Shown here piece by piece: positions 9,535 through 18,059 of a stretch of DNA of 64,000 bases (position 1 is the first letter of the stretch; each line of letters begins with the position of its first letter). The notes below the pieces were generated by a model. It saw only the letters and a list, made by a program, of their open reading frames with translations. It made no database searches and was not told the DNA's origin. The stretch is from Patescibacteria group bacterium (lineage in GTDB: Bacteria; Patescibacteriota; WWE3; UBA101185; UBA10185), in the NCBI GenBank assembly GCA_049322215.1, contig JBMORU010000001.1, positions 708,023-772,022 on the forward strand, in the 5' to 3' direction. The translations under genes and the position numbers were made by a program.

Positions 9535-10935
9535 ATGTGGTCATCAGACAATACGCAATTTGGATTTGCATTTATTCCTTTGCTTGTTTTTACTATTGCC
9601 ATAGTTTTTGTATTGTACGTCTCGCGAGACTATGTAAACAGACAAACAAGCCCATTAAGTTCATACACTTCCCGTGAAGAACTAACAAAACCAATAAAGT
9701 CTGACTATAATCTTTCTTTTCTAAAAGTGTCGGGAAAAAATATTACGGATGGCTCAGAAAAAATAGTTTATTTGAGAGGCTTTCAGGGATTAGGATTTTA
9801 TCCTATTCCATCAGATCTTTATATGGCAGCTATAAACAAAAAGGGCATAAGTTTTGCTAGCTTGGACTCAGCTGCCAAGGATTTAAACCAGTACACAATA
9901 ACAGAATACGATATTAATGAAATTAAAAGTACTGGTGCAAATGTGGTTAGAGTTTGGTTTGTTCTGCACGAAATAGAAAAAGAGCCTTACAAATACAGCA
10001 AAGAAGCACTTGATCTTTTAGAAACAACCATAAATGAGTTTGGGGATGCTGGGATTTATACAATCTTGGTATTAGGAAAAGTTGGACAAAATTCTTATCC
10101 CCCATCAAATCCCTATTTAAACCAAGGAATTAGTTTTTGGGAAAATACAGACAATATTCAAGACAGAACAGTAAAACTTTGGGGTATCTTGGCCGAGAGA
10201 CTTCAGAATAATCCAAACGTGGCAGCGTATGATGTAATAAATGAACCTGTTGCGCCTTCTAAAGATGCCTTAAGGTCTTATTATGAAGACGCAATCACTG
10301 AAATTAGAAAATATGATCTCAATCACATCTTAATTTTAGAAACAGATAATTTGCATAAAACAGAATATCAGCTTGGGGGGAAATATGAAGATACAAATTT
10401 AGTAGGAAGTTTTCATTTTTACTTTCCGCATGACTTTACGCTATCATCTGGGACTGAATATATGATTGACGGTCTTGAATACCCTGGTGGTACTTTTTGT
10501 GCACATGCAAACCGTCCTGGTTGTGAAAAAATTACATGGACAAAAAATACTCTTGAGGAAATCCTAATACAGGCACTTGCTGCCGAAGACTTTCAAGATA
10601 TTCCAGTTTTTGTTGGGGAATTTGGTGCGAACTCAGTTAGAGATGATACTGGGGCTCTTAAGTGGGTAGAAGACACCTTTTCTCTACTAAACAAATATAA
10701 TCTTCACTACACTTATCATAATTACCGTTTGCCCAATACCCATGGCTATTATTTTGTTCAAAACCCCGAAAAGCAGAAAAAGATAGAACGGGTAGTAAAA
10801 GAAATTTCTAGTGGGAACATTAAGTTTAGCGAAATTACAGAAGAGCAGAAAGAGTTATTAAAAACAGAGAATAGCTATAAATTACGCCCTGGGATTAAAG
10901 AAATAGTAACTAAAGGTTTTAAAAACCAACTATAG
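9535..10935 (+). CDS. Glycoside hydrolase family 5-like (clan GH-A) enzyme, membrane-anchored
   Basis: N-terminal TM. The sequences YDVINEP (acid/base NEP) and VFVGEFGAN (nucleophile Glu) are the two GH-A catalytic signatures. Confidence 0.6.
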   Translation: MWSSDNTQFGFAFIPLLVFTIAIVFVLYVSRDYVNRQTSPLSSYTSREELTKPIKSDYNLSFLKVSGKNITDGSEKIVYLRGFQGLGFYPIPSDLYMAAINKKGISFASLDSAAKDLNQYTITEYDINEIKSTGANVVRVWFVLHEIEKEPYKYSKEALDLLETTINEFGDAGIYTILVLGKVGQNSYPPSNPYLNQGISFWENTDNIQDRTVKLWGILAERLQNNPNVAAYDVINEPVAPSKDALRSYYEDAITEIRKYDLNHILILETDNLHKTEYQLGGKYEDTNLVGSFHFYFPHDFTLSSGTEYMIDGLEYPGGTFCAHANRPGCEKITWTKNTLEEILIQALAAEDFQDIPVFVGEFGANSVRDDTGALKWVEDTFSLLNKYNLHYTYHNYRLPNTHGYYFVQNPEKQKKIERVVKEISSGNIKFSEITEEQKELLKTENSYKLRPGIKEIVTKGFKNQL

Positions 10936-10937
10936 TT

Positions 10938-10956
10938 TGGTGACCCCACGGGGAAT
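10938..10956. repeat. 19-bp direct repeat identical to the 3' end of tRNA-Glu (11084..11102). att-like relic.
   Basis: TGGTGACCCCACGGGGAAT occurs at 10938..10956 and again at 11084..11102. Confidence 0.7.
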
Positions 10957-11083
10957 GTGCAGCTACGCTGCAGCCTTTTACTCACTACGTTCGTAAAAAT
11001 ACTGAACCCAACTACGTAGGTTTCTTCACTTACCTTGCGGATACCAAAAAATTGGCTACCACACAAGGTGATATCCACTTTTC

Positions 11084-11158
11084 TGGTGACCCCACGGGGA
11101 ATCGAACCCCGATTTCCAGGATGAAAACCTGACGTCCTAACCATTAGACGATGGGGCC
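11084..11158 (-). tRNA. tRNA-Glu (anticodon UUC)
   Basis: The reverse complement folds as a 75-nt cloverleaf. Acceptor GGCCCCA/TGGGGTC, anticodon loop TTTTCAT (U33, UUC, A37), T-loop GGTTCGATTCC, 3' ACCA. Confidence 0.85.
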
Positions 11159-11241
11159 AGGTGGCCATAAAGTATCGTAAATTATACAGAACTCGCCTAT
11201 TTTAACAATAAATAGTACTATTCAGCAAGAATCCATATAAT

Positions 11242-12696
11242 TTGGTAAAATTCTACTGCTTAGGTAACAGTATGTCTGCATTTATTAAAACAATATTATT
11301 TTATGTAACTTCCTTTATTTTAGCGGTTTATCCGGCTACTACTTATGTAGAAGGAGTTACAGGGCAACCTCAATCTTTCTTTCCTCATCAAGCAAGATCA
11401 CAAAATGATGTCACTATTTCAAATTTAGTTTATAGGGGATTATTTAAATACGACATTTATGGCGCCTTAGTGCCTGATTTAGCAGAAAGTTGGGCAATTT
11501 CAGAAGAAGGCATTGTGTATACAATAAAGTTAAAAGATGACCAATACTGGTCTGATGGTACTCAAATTACTGCTGATGATTTAATTTATACATCTTTTAA
11601 GCATCCGTTACTTCAAGGTGTGGCAACAGATAAAGTTGATAATTTAACTGTACGTTTTACTCTTCCAAATAAATTTTCACCATTTTTGAGTTTATTAACT
11701 GTAGGAATAATGCGGGTTAATTCGGAAGAAAATTATAATTCGCTAGAACCTGTAACTAGTGGGCCTTTTAGATTACTAAGTATTAAAAGGTCAGGCCCTA
11801 TAGTGCAGGAAGTCGTTTTACTAAACGAAAAATCTGATGATGAGTTTAGAAAGTTGGTTTTTAGGTATTACACCAATGAAGATGAGCTAGTTACTGCAGC
11901 ACAGTTGGGAGAAATTGATGGTTTTGTTGCCTCTGCAAACCATGAATTGGATAACTTTCAAAAGTATGAGTTTCCATTGCAAGGCGTTTACTACTCTTTA
12001 ATATTCAACTTGCGTAACGAAAAATTACAAGATGTGGAAACAAGGCGTTCTCTAGAAAAAGTTTTAAACAAAGATGACTTAATATATCCATTTGGTATTG
12101 CGGTTGAAGGTGCAATAAGTAGAAGCTCGTATACAGATGATGCTTTAGAATTTGATGCTTACGATAAAGATTTTGTTGGTGACTTAAAAGGTTTAGAACT
12201 CACTTTAACTTTACCCGATTTAGAACAACATGAAATAGTGTCAAAAAAGGTTCAAGATGCTTGGGAAGATAAATTGAATGCTGAAATAACTTTAAATAAA
12301 GTGGCACCTGCAGAAATGCAAGAACAAATCATAAAAGATCGAAATTTCGAAGTTTTACTTTATGGACAAGAGGTAGGAAGAGACCCCGACAGATACATAA
12401 ACTGGCACTCGACACAGCAAGATGTACCAGGTTTAAATTTGTCTGGTTTTGAGCAAATTCGTGCGGATCGCGCATTAGAAGAGGGTCGTAATGAGCCTGA
12501 TAGTGATATAAGATTTACACACTACCAAGAGTTTCAAAGAGTAGTGCATGAACAAGTTCCTGCAATATTTTTGTATCACCCTTTCATTAAGTATTATGTT
12601 TCTGACTATATTAAAGGTATCGGAGAAAAATACACATTTAGATACACCGATCGCTTTTTAGACTTTAGTAATTGGTCGCGCGAAAAGACCAACTAA
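11242..12696 (+). CDS. Extracellular solute-binding protein, family 5 (OppA/DppA-like). Orphan, with no adjacent permease genes.
   Basis: N-terminal TM/signal and overall SBP_bac_5 layout. Start codon uncertain; ATG 11269 is an alternative. Confidence 0.5.
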   Translation: MVKFYCLGNSMSAFIKTILFYVTSFILAVYPATTYVEGVTGQPQSFFPHQARSQNDVTISNLVYRGLFKYDIYGALVPDLAESWAISEEGIVYTIKLKDDQYWSDGTQITADDLIYTSFKHPLLQGVATDKVDNLTVRFTLPNKFSPFLSLLTVGIMRVNSEENYNSLEPVTSGPFRLLSIKRSGPIVQEVVLLNEKSDDEFRKLVFRYYTNEDELVTAAQLGEIDGFVASANHELDNFQKYEFPLQGVYYSLIFNLRNEKLQDVETRRSLEKVLNKDDLIYPFGIAVEGAISRSSYTDDALEFDAYDKDFVGDLKGLELTLTLPDLEQHEIVSKKVQDAWEDKLNAEITLNKVAPAEMQEQIIKDRNFEVLLYGQEVGRDPDRYINWHSTQQDVPGLNLSGFEQIRADRALEEGRNEPDSDIRFTHYQEFQRVVHEQVPAIFLYHPFIKYYVSDYIKGIGEKYTFRYTDRFLDFSNWSREKTN

Positions 12697-12791
12697 TTGG
12701 CCTATAGTCTTGATAATTTACTATATTGACGGTATAATCGTGACTCACTAGGTCAAATTAATCTGGTATAAAAATAAATAAGGAGACAGTA

Positions 12792-14078
12792 ATGACAATC
12801 TATGGAAAAAAGATCCCTGTTTGGGTGATCGCTTTACTTGGCCTTGGTTTGATGTTTTGCTTTGCTGCGGCATTTTTTGCTGGAGTATTGCTCACTAATA
12901 ATGGAGCCTTGCCTGAGAACCCTCTTGTACAGGTTGGCGCTTCTCCGGCACCACGATCTCAAACTGTAAGTGCAGAAGACGTAACCTTAGCCGGTTCTGG
13001 AGCAATTGAAACCGCCGTGTGCATTCATGTGGACTTCACATGGGATGATGGCAAAGACAAGTCTATGCTTGAGACTGCGAAACAAATTGGTGCTGATTGT
13101 GTTCGTGTAGGCAGTAGCTGGCGCTTGCAAGAAAAAGTCCAAGGTGCGTACGAAACCAATTGGTACGTGCCCGCTTTGGTGCAACGCTTGGTTTGGGCAC
13201 AAGAAAACGACCTTGCTGTGATCTTGATTCAAGGTCAAACACCTTGTTGGGCGTCGGCAGACCCCAATAAACCTGAGTGTGTAAACGCTGCGGGCGAAGG
13301 TGTTGAAGCTGGTTTTGATTTTTGGTGTCCTGCTCCCGAGCATTTTGGTGCTTTTGCGCAGTCAGTAAGGTTTTTGGTTGAAAACAATCCTGGGTACATT
13401 GTTGCCGTTGAGGTATGGAACGAACCCAATGATGCTGCTTTTTGGTGTGGAAACCCTGACCCGGCTGCTTACACCGAGCTTGTTCGCCAAACTGCTGTTG
13501 CTTTAGAAGGTCTTGATGTGCAGATTTATGGCGGTGCAATTGCTGGCGCTGACACTAACTTTACGCAAGCACTGTTTGATGCGGGTATTGGCAATCATAT
13601 TGACGCTTTTACCTTGCATGCCTACAGTGGAAGCTTGCCGCCTAGTAATTGTGGTAATCCTGAACGGTCGTTTCTCTGCGGAATCCAAGCAGTTCATGAG
13701 GTTGCAGTTGAAAATGGTTTCGAAGGCCCCCTAGTAGTAACCGAAGTTGGATGGCCTACAAACCCGATTGAGGTTTACAACCTTGTGGGGCAAGATGAAA
13801 CAGAGGATACACTTTCAATCGATGTGGATAGCTTTGTATTGGGTGAAGATGGCTTTGTTACCGAACCCACTCAAGCGCAGTACCTAGTAAACGCAATCAA
13901 ACTAGCTAACCAAATGCCGTTTGTTCAGGGAGTTGTGCTTTTTGAAATGCTTGATCGCCCTGGTGAAGGTGGCGCCCCCTCAATTTGGCGTGACCAAAAC
14001 TACGGCCTGTTTGACCTCAATGGAGATCCAAAGGAAGCAGCGTTTGCTTTGCAGGAAATTTTGGTTGAAGACGAATAA
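12792..14078 (+). CDS. Clan GH-A glycoside hydrolase, membrane-anchored, encoded on a GC-rich segment
   Basis: RBS AAGGAG. N-terminal TM. VWNEPN acid/base motif and VTEVGWPT nucleophile motif. GC-rich, so it produces several spurious antisense ORFs. Confidence 0.55.
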   Translation: MTIYGKKIPVWVIALLGLGLMFCFAAAFFAGVLLTNNGALPENPLVQVGASPAPRSQTVSAEDVTLAGSGAIETAVCIHVDFTWDDGKDKSMLETAKQIGADCVRVGSSWRLQEKVQGAYETNWYVPALVQRLVWAQENDLAVILIQGQTPCWASADPNKPECVNAAGEGVEAGFDFWCPAPEHFGAFAQSVRFLVENNPGYIVAVEVWNEPNDAAFWCGNPDPAAYTELVRQTAVALEGLDVQIYGGAIAGADTNFTQALFDAGIGNHIDAFTLHAYSGSLPPSNCGNPERSFLCGIQAVHEVAVENGFEGPLVVTEVGWPTNPIEVYNLVGQDETEDTLSIDVDSFVLGEDGFVTEPTQAQYLVNAIKLANQMPFVQGVVLFEMLDRPGEGGAPSIWRDQNYGLFDLNGDPKEAAFALQEILVEDE

Positions 14079-14199
14079 AAACAAATATGGAATGCTCTTC
14101 GTAAAGCGTATTCCTCCATGAGCCGGTTAAAGAAATTAAAAACTTCTTTGCTGGCTCTTTTTTCTTAATAGGGTAAAATGCGATATAATCAAAGTCGAT

Positions 14200-15774
14200 C
14201 TATGTTTTATGGTGGCCGTAGTTCAGTGGTAGAGCGCCTCCCTGTGGAGGAGGATGTCGCGGGTTCGAATCCCGTCGGCCACCCCATAGTATGCTTATCC
14301 GAATGCTTCCTAATTCTATTAAGTCCTTTATTCCTGGTGTTAAGTGAAATACTAGTTTTTTATCCTCAGTAACCTCTAGCTTCTCAAAGAAGATACCGAT
14401 GTAAATTCTCTTTTCATCGAGCGTAGCTTCCTTATATGCTTTACCAATATTTTCGGCTAACTTAAGGAATTTACTAAGCTCATTCAGCTTTTCATTGTAA
14501 TCTCTATCCACTTTTTTGAGCTTTTGCCCTATTTCCCTGAGATCGTTGGTATATCGCACAGCTATACTTTCATATTTATCTGAATCTATAGTCCTTCTTA
14601 AGAACCTATCATCTTCTAGCTCTCTTAAAGCATGTTCAATATTGGTTTTAGAAGCTATTAGGCTTTTCGTTTCTGAATCTACCATTGATCTGTTTACATG
14701 TATAACCTCTTTCGCTTGCGTCATTACCTCGTTTACGTACTCTTCGCTTAGCTGGATTTTTTCCATATATTTTTCCACTTGCTTTTCAAGTTTGTCACAA
14801 AGTATATAAGTTCCCCTATGCCTGGTTGAGTCGGAGTACCAACACGACCTTACACCCTGCTTATTTGTATGGTATTCAGCATATGCTAGACCTTGGGTCT
14901 TTCTGTAAAAAAGAATGCCTCTTAAAAGAAAATCATGCTTTCTTTTTCTACAAGCGTAGTGGTTACGTTTTGCCATAACCAGTTGAACATGGTCAAACAA
15001 CTCTTGGCTTATAAGTGGTTCATATTTGCCTTGGTGTATTTCTTCCTTCCATCTAAATTTCCCTATGTAATATGGATTTTTCAATATATGTTCAATAAGC
15101 CTGGCTGTGCACCGCTTAGCTCTTTTAGGTTTTATTCCCTTGTCATTAAGCATTTCTGCGAGGTACTCATATGAATATTCACCAGTAGAGTACATGTTAA
15201 ATAGCTGAATAATGTAGTTTTTAGTCTTTGGGTTGGGGATAACAATCTTTTTATCAAAGTTAGAACTTGGTGTATCGGGATTTTCCACGTTTTTATAGCC
15301 AATGGGTGCCTCCTTAGGAGGCCACCCAGCTTTGGCTTTTTGGTACATGTTATCACTAGTTACACGTTTGATTTTATCTGACTTATACTGTGCTATAGCT
15401 GCCATCATTGAATCTAGGAACATACCGTCGGGGTTAGATAGATCAATTTCCATTGTGGCATAGATTAATTTAACACCCTTTTCCATCAGTGTTTCTCGAA
15501 GAGCAGTATGTTCCTTAAGGTTTCTCATGAGCCTGTCATTTTCGTAGGTTATAATGGCATCAGGCTTATCTTCGTCAACTGCAGCCATTAGTAATTTATA
15601 CTCGGACCTCTGTGTGTTAGTTCCAGTCTTTCCCTTATCAATAAAGGTTCTGATAATACTGTATCCATTGATTTTAGCCCAATTGTTTAATGCTATTTCC
15701 TGAGCTTCTAAACTTAGACCCTTGTCTTTCTGTTTCTTTGTTGAAACACGAATATACGCTAATGCTGTTTTCAT
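14200..15774 (-). CDS. Large serine recombinase (resolvase catalytic domain, recombinase domain and zinc-ribbon/coiled-coil)
   Basis: N-terminus AYIRVSTKKQ with the catalytic Ser and a length of about 500 aa. The last roughly 25 codons are antisense to tRNA-His with no intervening stop. Confidence 0.8.
   Translation of the reverse strand: MKTALAYIRVSTKKQKDKGLSLEAQEIALNNWAKINGYSIIRTFIDKGKTGTNTQRSEYKLLMAAVDEDKPDAIITYENDRLMRNLKEHTALRETLMEKGVKLIYATMEIDLSNPDGMFLDSMMAAIAQYKSDKIKRVTSDNMYQKAKAGWPPKEAPIGYKNVENPDTPSSNFDKKIVIPNPKTKNYIIQLFNMYSTGEYSYEYLAEMLNDKGIKPKRAKRCTARLIEHILKNPYYIGKFRWKEEIHQGKYEPLISQELFDHVQLVMAKRNHYACRKRKHDFLLRGILFYRKTQGLAYAEYHTNKQGVRSCWYSDSTRHRGTYILCDKLEKQVEKYMEKIQLSEEYVNEVMTQAKEVIHVNRSMVDSETKSLIASKTNIEHALRELEDDRFLRRTIDSDKYESIAVRYTNDLREIGQKLKKVDRDYNEKLNELSKFLKLAENIGKAYKEATLDEKRIYIGIFFEKLEVTEDKKLVFHLTPGIKDLIELGSIRISILWGGRRDSNPRHPPPQGGALPLNYGHHKT
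14211..14286 (+). tRNA. tRNA-His (anticodon GUG) with the extra 5' G(-1)
   Basis: Cloverleaf with G-1. Acceptor GTGGCCG/CGGCCAC, anticodon loop CTGTGGA, T-loop GGTTCGAATCC, discriminator C, CCA. Confidence 0.85.
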
Positions 15775-15778
15775 CGTC

Positions 15779-16216
15779 TTATTCTCCTTTGCTTTTTAAT
15801 TTGCTTATTGTTTCGGCGTACTTGTGTATTACAGCTTCAAGATAGTTCTTTGCCTCTGTAATCAGTTGGATGATGCCCTCTGTCTCACCGTGTTCAGTGA
15901 AGATGTACTTAGTGTTTTTTGGTAGAAACACATTTACCAGAGCTTGGTAACTAAGGTAGTCAGGTGCTAGCCTTTTTATATCTGTGCAGAGCACAGTTCT
16001 GATGTCTGGTCTTTCCTTCAAAAAGCTCACCATTCTCTTAAACCCAGTACCTTCATGTTCATAGTAGTTATCTCCATTCACAGTGTCAGCAAATACCTCT
16101 ACTGGTTCTAGGCCTTCTCTAACACAAAAATTTATACATTCTCTTCTTTGTTTTGCGACACTATTTTTAGTACCTTTACTGTTTAAATAGATAACGCATT
16201 CTTTATTGTTGTTCAT
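15779..16216 (-). CDS. Resolvase N-terminal-domain-like protein (possibly degenerate; accessory to the recombinase)
   Basis: VIYLNSKGTKNS...Q resembles the YxRVS(T)xxQ region. Ends 4 bp upstream of the recombinase start. Confidence 0.4.
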   Translation of the reverse strand: MNNNKECVIYLNSKGTKNSVAKQRRECINFCVREGLEPVEVFADTVNGDNYYEHEGTGFKRMVSFLKERPDIRTVLCTDIKRLAPDYLSYQALVNVFLPKNTKYIFTEHGETEGIIQLITEAKNYLEAVIHKYAETISKLKSKGE

Positions 16217-16565
16217 CTTTGTCTTTCTAGATTGCCCTATATGTATGGAGTGCTATACTCAAACAACTAGAGCAATCGTAATTTAATTACTAATTAAATA
16301 CTTTTGCACTTCAAATAAGGACTTCGCCTATCAAACAGAGGTCCTTATTTTTATTTTATAGGCTTAACAAATAATCACTATTTGTATAGCCAATCGGCTG
16401 TGCATGAGCGCAAGCGAAGCGAGCGCGAATGCGCGATAGAGTCAAGGGATGTAATCCCTTGCGAGGGGTGTGGGGGCGAGGAGCCCTCACAGTTCATTTA
16501 TAAGAATTACCTTGTATTATTAGTGTTCTATAGCATGTCCGAAATGCCGTACAATAATGTCCCAT

Positions 16566-16934
16566 TTACTTTGACTTCTTATAAATGTTGTTATCTCTTA
16601 TCAGACCCTCCAGATAATAGATATTTGATCTGACTCCTATTTTTCTCTCAGTTCCGTTCTTCTTATTTGCTACGTGTACTACACCGCCTCTTTTAACTTT
16701 TAACAGTTTTTCTTTTTCTAGGATTCTTACTAAACGTCTGATTTGTCTTACGGAAAGCCCCAGATCAGTTGATATCAGCTCTTGACTAGGCCAGCAGTGA
16801 TCTTTGCCTCCTAGTTTTTTAATCAGGTACTCCAGCAGTAGTTTTGCGCCACTAGGAATGTTTTTGTTGCTTAGAACGTTTGCTACTTTTTTTATATCCC
16901 TCACGTAGTACTTCTCTTGTACCTTGTCTTTCAT
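16566..16934 (-). CDS. Winged helix-turn-helix DNA-binding protein (mobile-element regulator or replication-organiser type)
   Basis: CWPSQELISTDLGLSVRQIRRLVRILEKEKLL is the classic 'CWPS...G.S.R.I.R...L...GLI' wHTH signature. Confidence 0.5.
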   Translation of the reverse strand: MKDKVQEKYYVRDIKKVANVLSNKNIPSGAKLLLEYLIKKLGGKDHCWPSQELISTDLGLSVRQIRRLVRILEKEKLLKVKRGGVVHVANKKNGTERKIGVRSNIYYLEGLIRDNNIYKKSK

Positions 16935-17107
16935 CTAAATCACCTCCTTTAGAAAACTCATTACATTTATTGGAAGACCTATTCAACTGAAGGTAGAAAA
17001 GCTCAGCTAGTTGTTTAGCTACTATTTTGTTTTTCGCCTCCAATTTGGTTTCCATGGAGGACATCATAGGGGGGTTTTATTAGAATGTCAGGGACAGTAA
17101 AAAGCTA

Positions 17108-17908
17108 TTAGCTGTATTGTTTATCATGCCGATATAACGCCAAATTATTAGTGTATCTTGCAAGTGCCTTTTCTACAGATTTTGAGTCAAGTGCTACGTT
17201 ACAGTATATGCAGTCCTTTAGTTCACTTGCGGTATGTTTACTTTTCTTTGGACATTTGCTTATTAAGAATTCTTCTATTTCTTTTTTACTTCTAGTTATA
17301 TTTATGCCTTGAAGTAGCTTAGGTCCGTTCACGAACCAATAGAGAGACCTGTCTCTGTCAATTTCTTTTTTGATCTTGCTATGTTCTGCATAATACCCAA
17401 TATAACTAGAATCTCTATTAGTTTCCCCTTTCTGTATTGCTACAACAGCTCTATTTCGTTTATTTTCGAATTCCTTGAAACACTGCTCTACTTCTAGTTG
17501 GCTTGATTCAGGCGTAATAACAATCATGTATTCCTTATCGTTTAGGAATAACTCAGGGTGTTTGAGATTTGGTGGTTGTAGCATCCTTTCTTGTAGCATT
17601 GTAGGCACGTAGCTATCATCAAACACCTTCCCATAAATTACAGCATCTGATATTACGTCGAAATAAGGATAAGTTCTTGCGAACTTAATTCTTATCTCGT
17701 TAATGTCGTTTTCAAATTCAACCGATTCTTCATAAGACAGCTTTGCTTTGAATTTATGTGTTTTTACCTTAGCTTTTTTAGGTTTTAGTTTCCACTTCTT
17801 CCTTAACCTCTCAACTTCGTGAAGAAAGTCGGTATTATCTACTAAATAGGCTATGTTAGCCCTATTTTTACTTGATTTAATATTTCTTAAGTTTATTATT
17901 TCTATCAT
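17108..17908 (-). CDS. Hypothetical protein (island backbone)
   Basis: ORF only. Lys-rich. Confidence 0.4.
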   Translation of the reverse strand: MIEIINLRNIKSSKNRANIAYLVDNTDFLHEVERLRKKWKLKPKKAKVKTHKFKAKLSYEESVEFENDINEIRIKFARTYPYFDVISDAVIYGKVFDDSYVPTMLQERMLQPPNLKHPELFLNDKEYMIVITPESSQLEVEQCFKEFENKRNRAVVAIQKGETNRDSSYIGYYAEHSKIKKEIDRDRSLYWFVNGPKLLQGINITRSKKEIEEFLISKCPKKSKHTASELKDCIYCNVALDSKSVEKALARYTNNLALYRHDKQYS

Positions 17909-18059
17909 CCAAATCCTTCAAAAAGCCCATCTATGTATGTTTTTATATTACTATATTGCTTGGCCTTAAGTCCTTATTATTTAGAAAAACCACCATTATA
18001 TTTCCTTACATTTACTTATAGCAGTATTTATCCGCATCCTTACGTTATAATAAAACCAT

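Noticed and set aside
10875-11168. 97-aa ORF on the minus strand
   Set aside because: It is entirely accounted for by tRNA-Glu and the att-like repeat. Its translation, GFHPGNRGSIPRG, is the typical tRNA-derived artefact.
12987-13697. Several long minus-strand ORFs (12987..13343, 13063..13539, 13235..13429, 13503..13697) and a plus-strand ORF 13513..13734 inside the glycosidase gene
   Set aside because: These are shadow ORFs caused by the high GC of the 12792..14078 gene. They have no RBS and overlap a gene with clear catalytic motifs in the other frame.
14200-14290. Treating the recombinase C-terminal 25 residues as an annotation error
   Set aside because: No in-frame stop exists before 14200, so the overlap with tRNA-His is real at the sequence level. 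I kept it as a CDS and flagged it rather than truncating.
14178-14372. 64-aa plus-strand ORF
   Set aside because: It overlaps tRNA-His and is antisense to the recombinase gene.
16382-16633. 83-aa ORF in the island backbone
   Set aside because: No RBS. It spans the anomalous GC-rich patch and an AT-rich stretch. It is more likely noncoding or a site. See the finding at 16240..16560.
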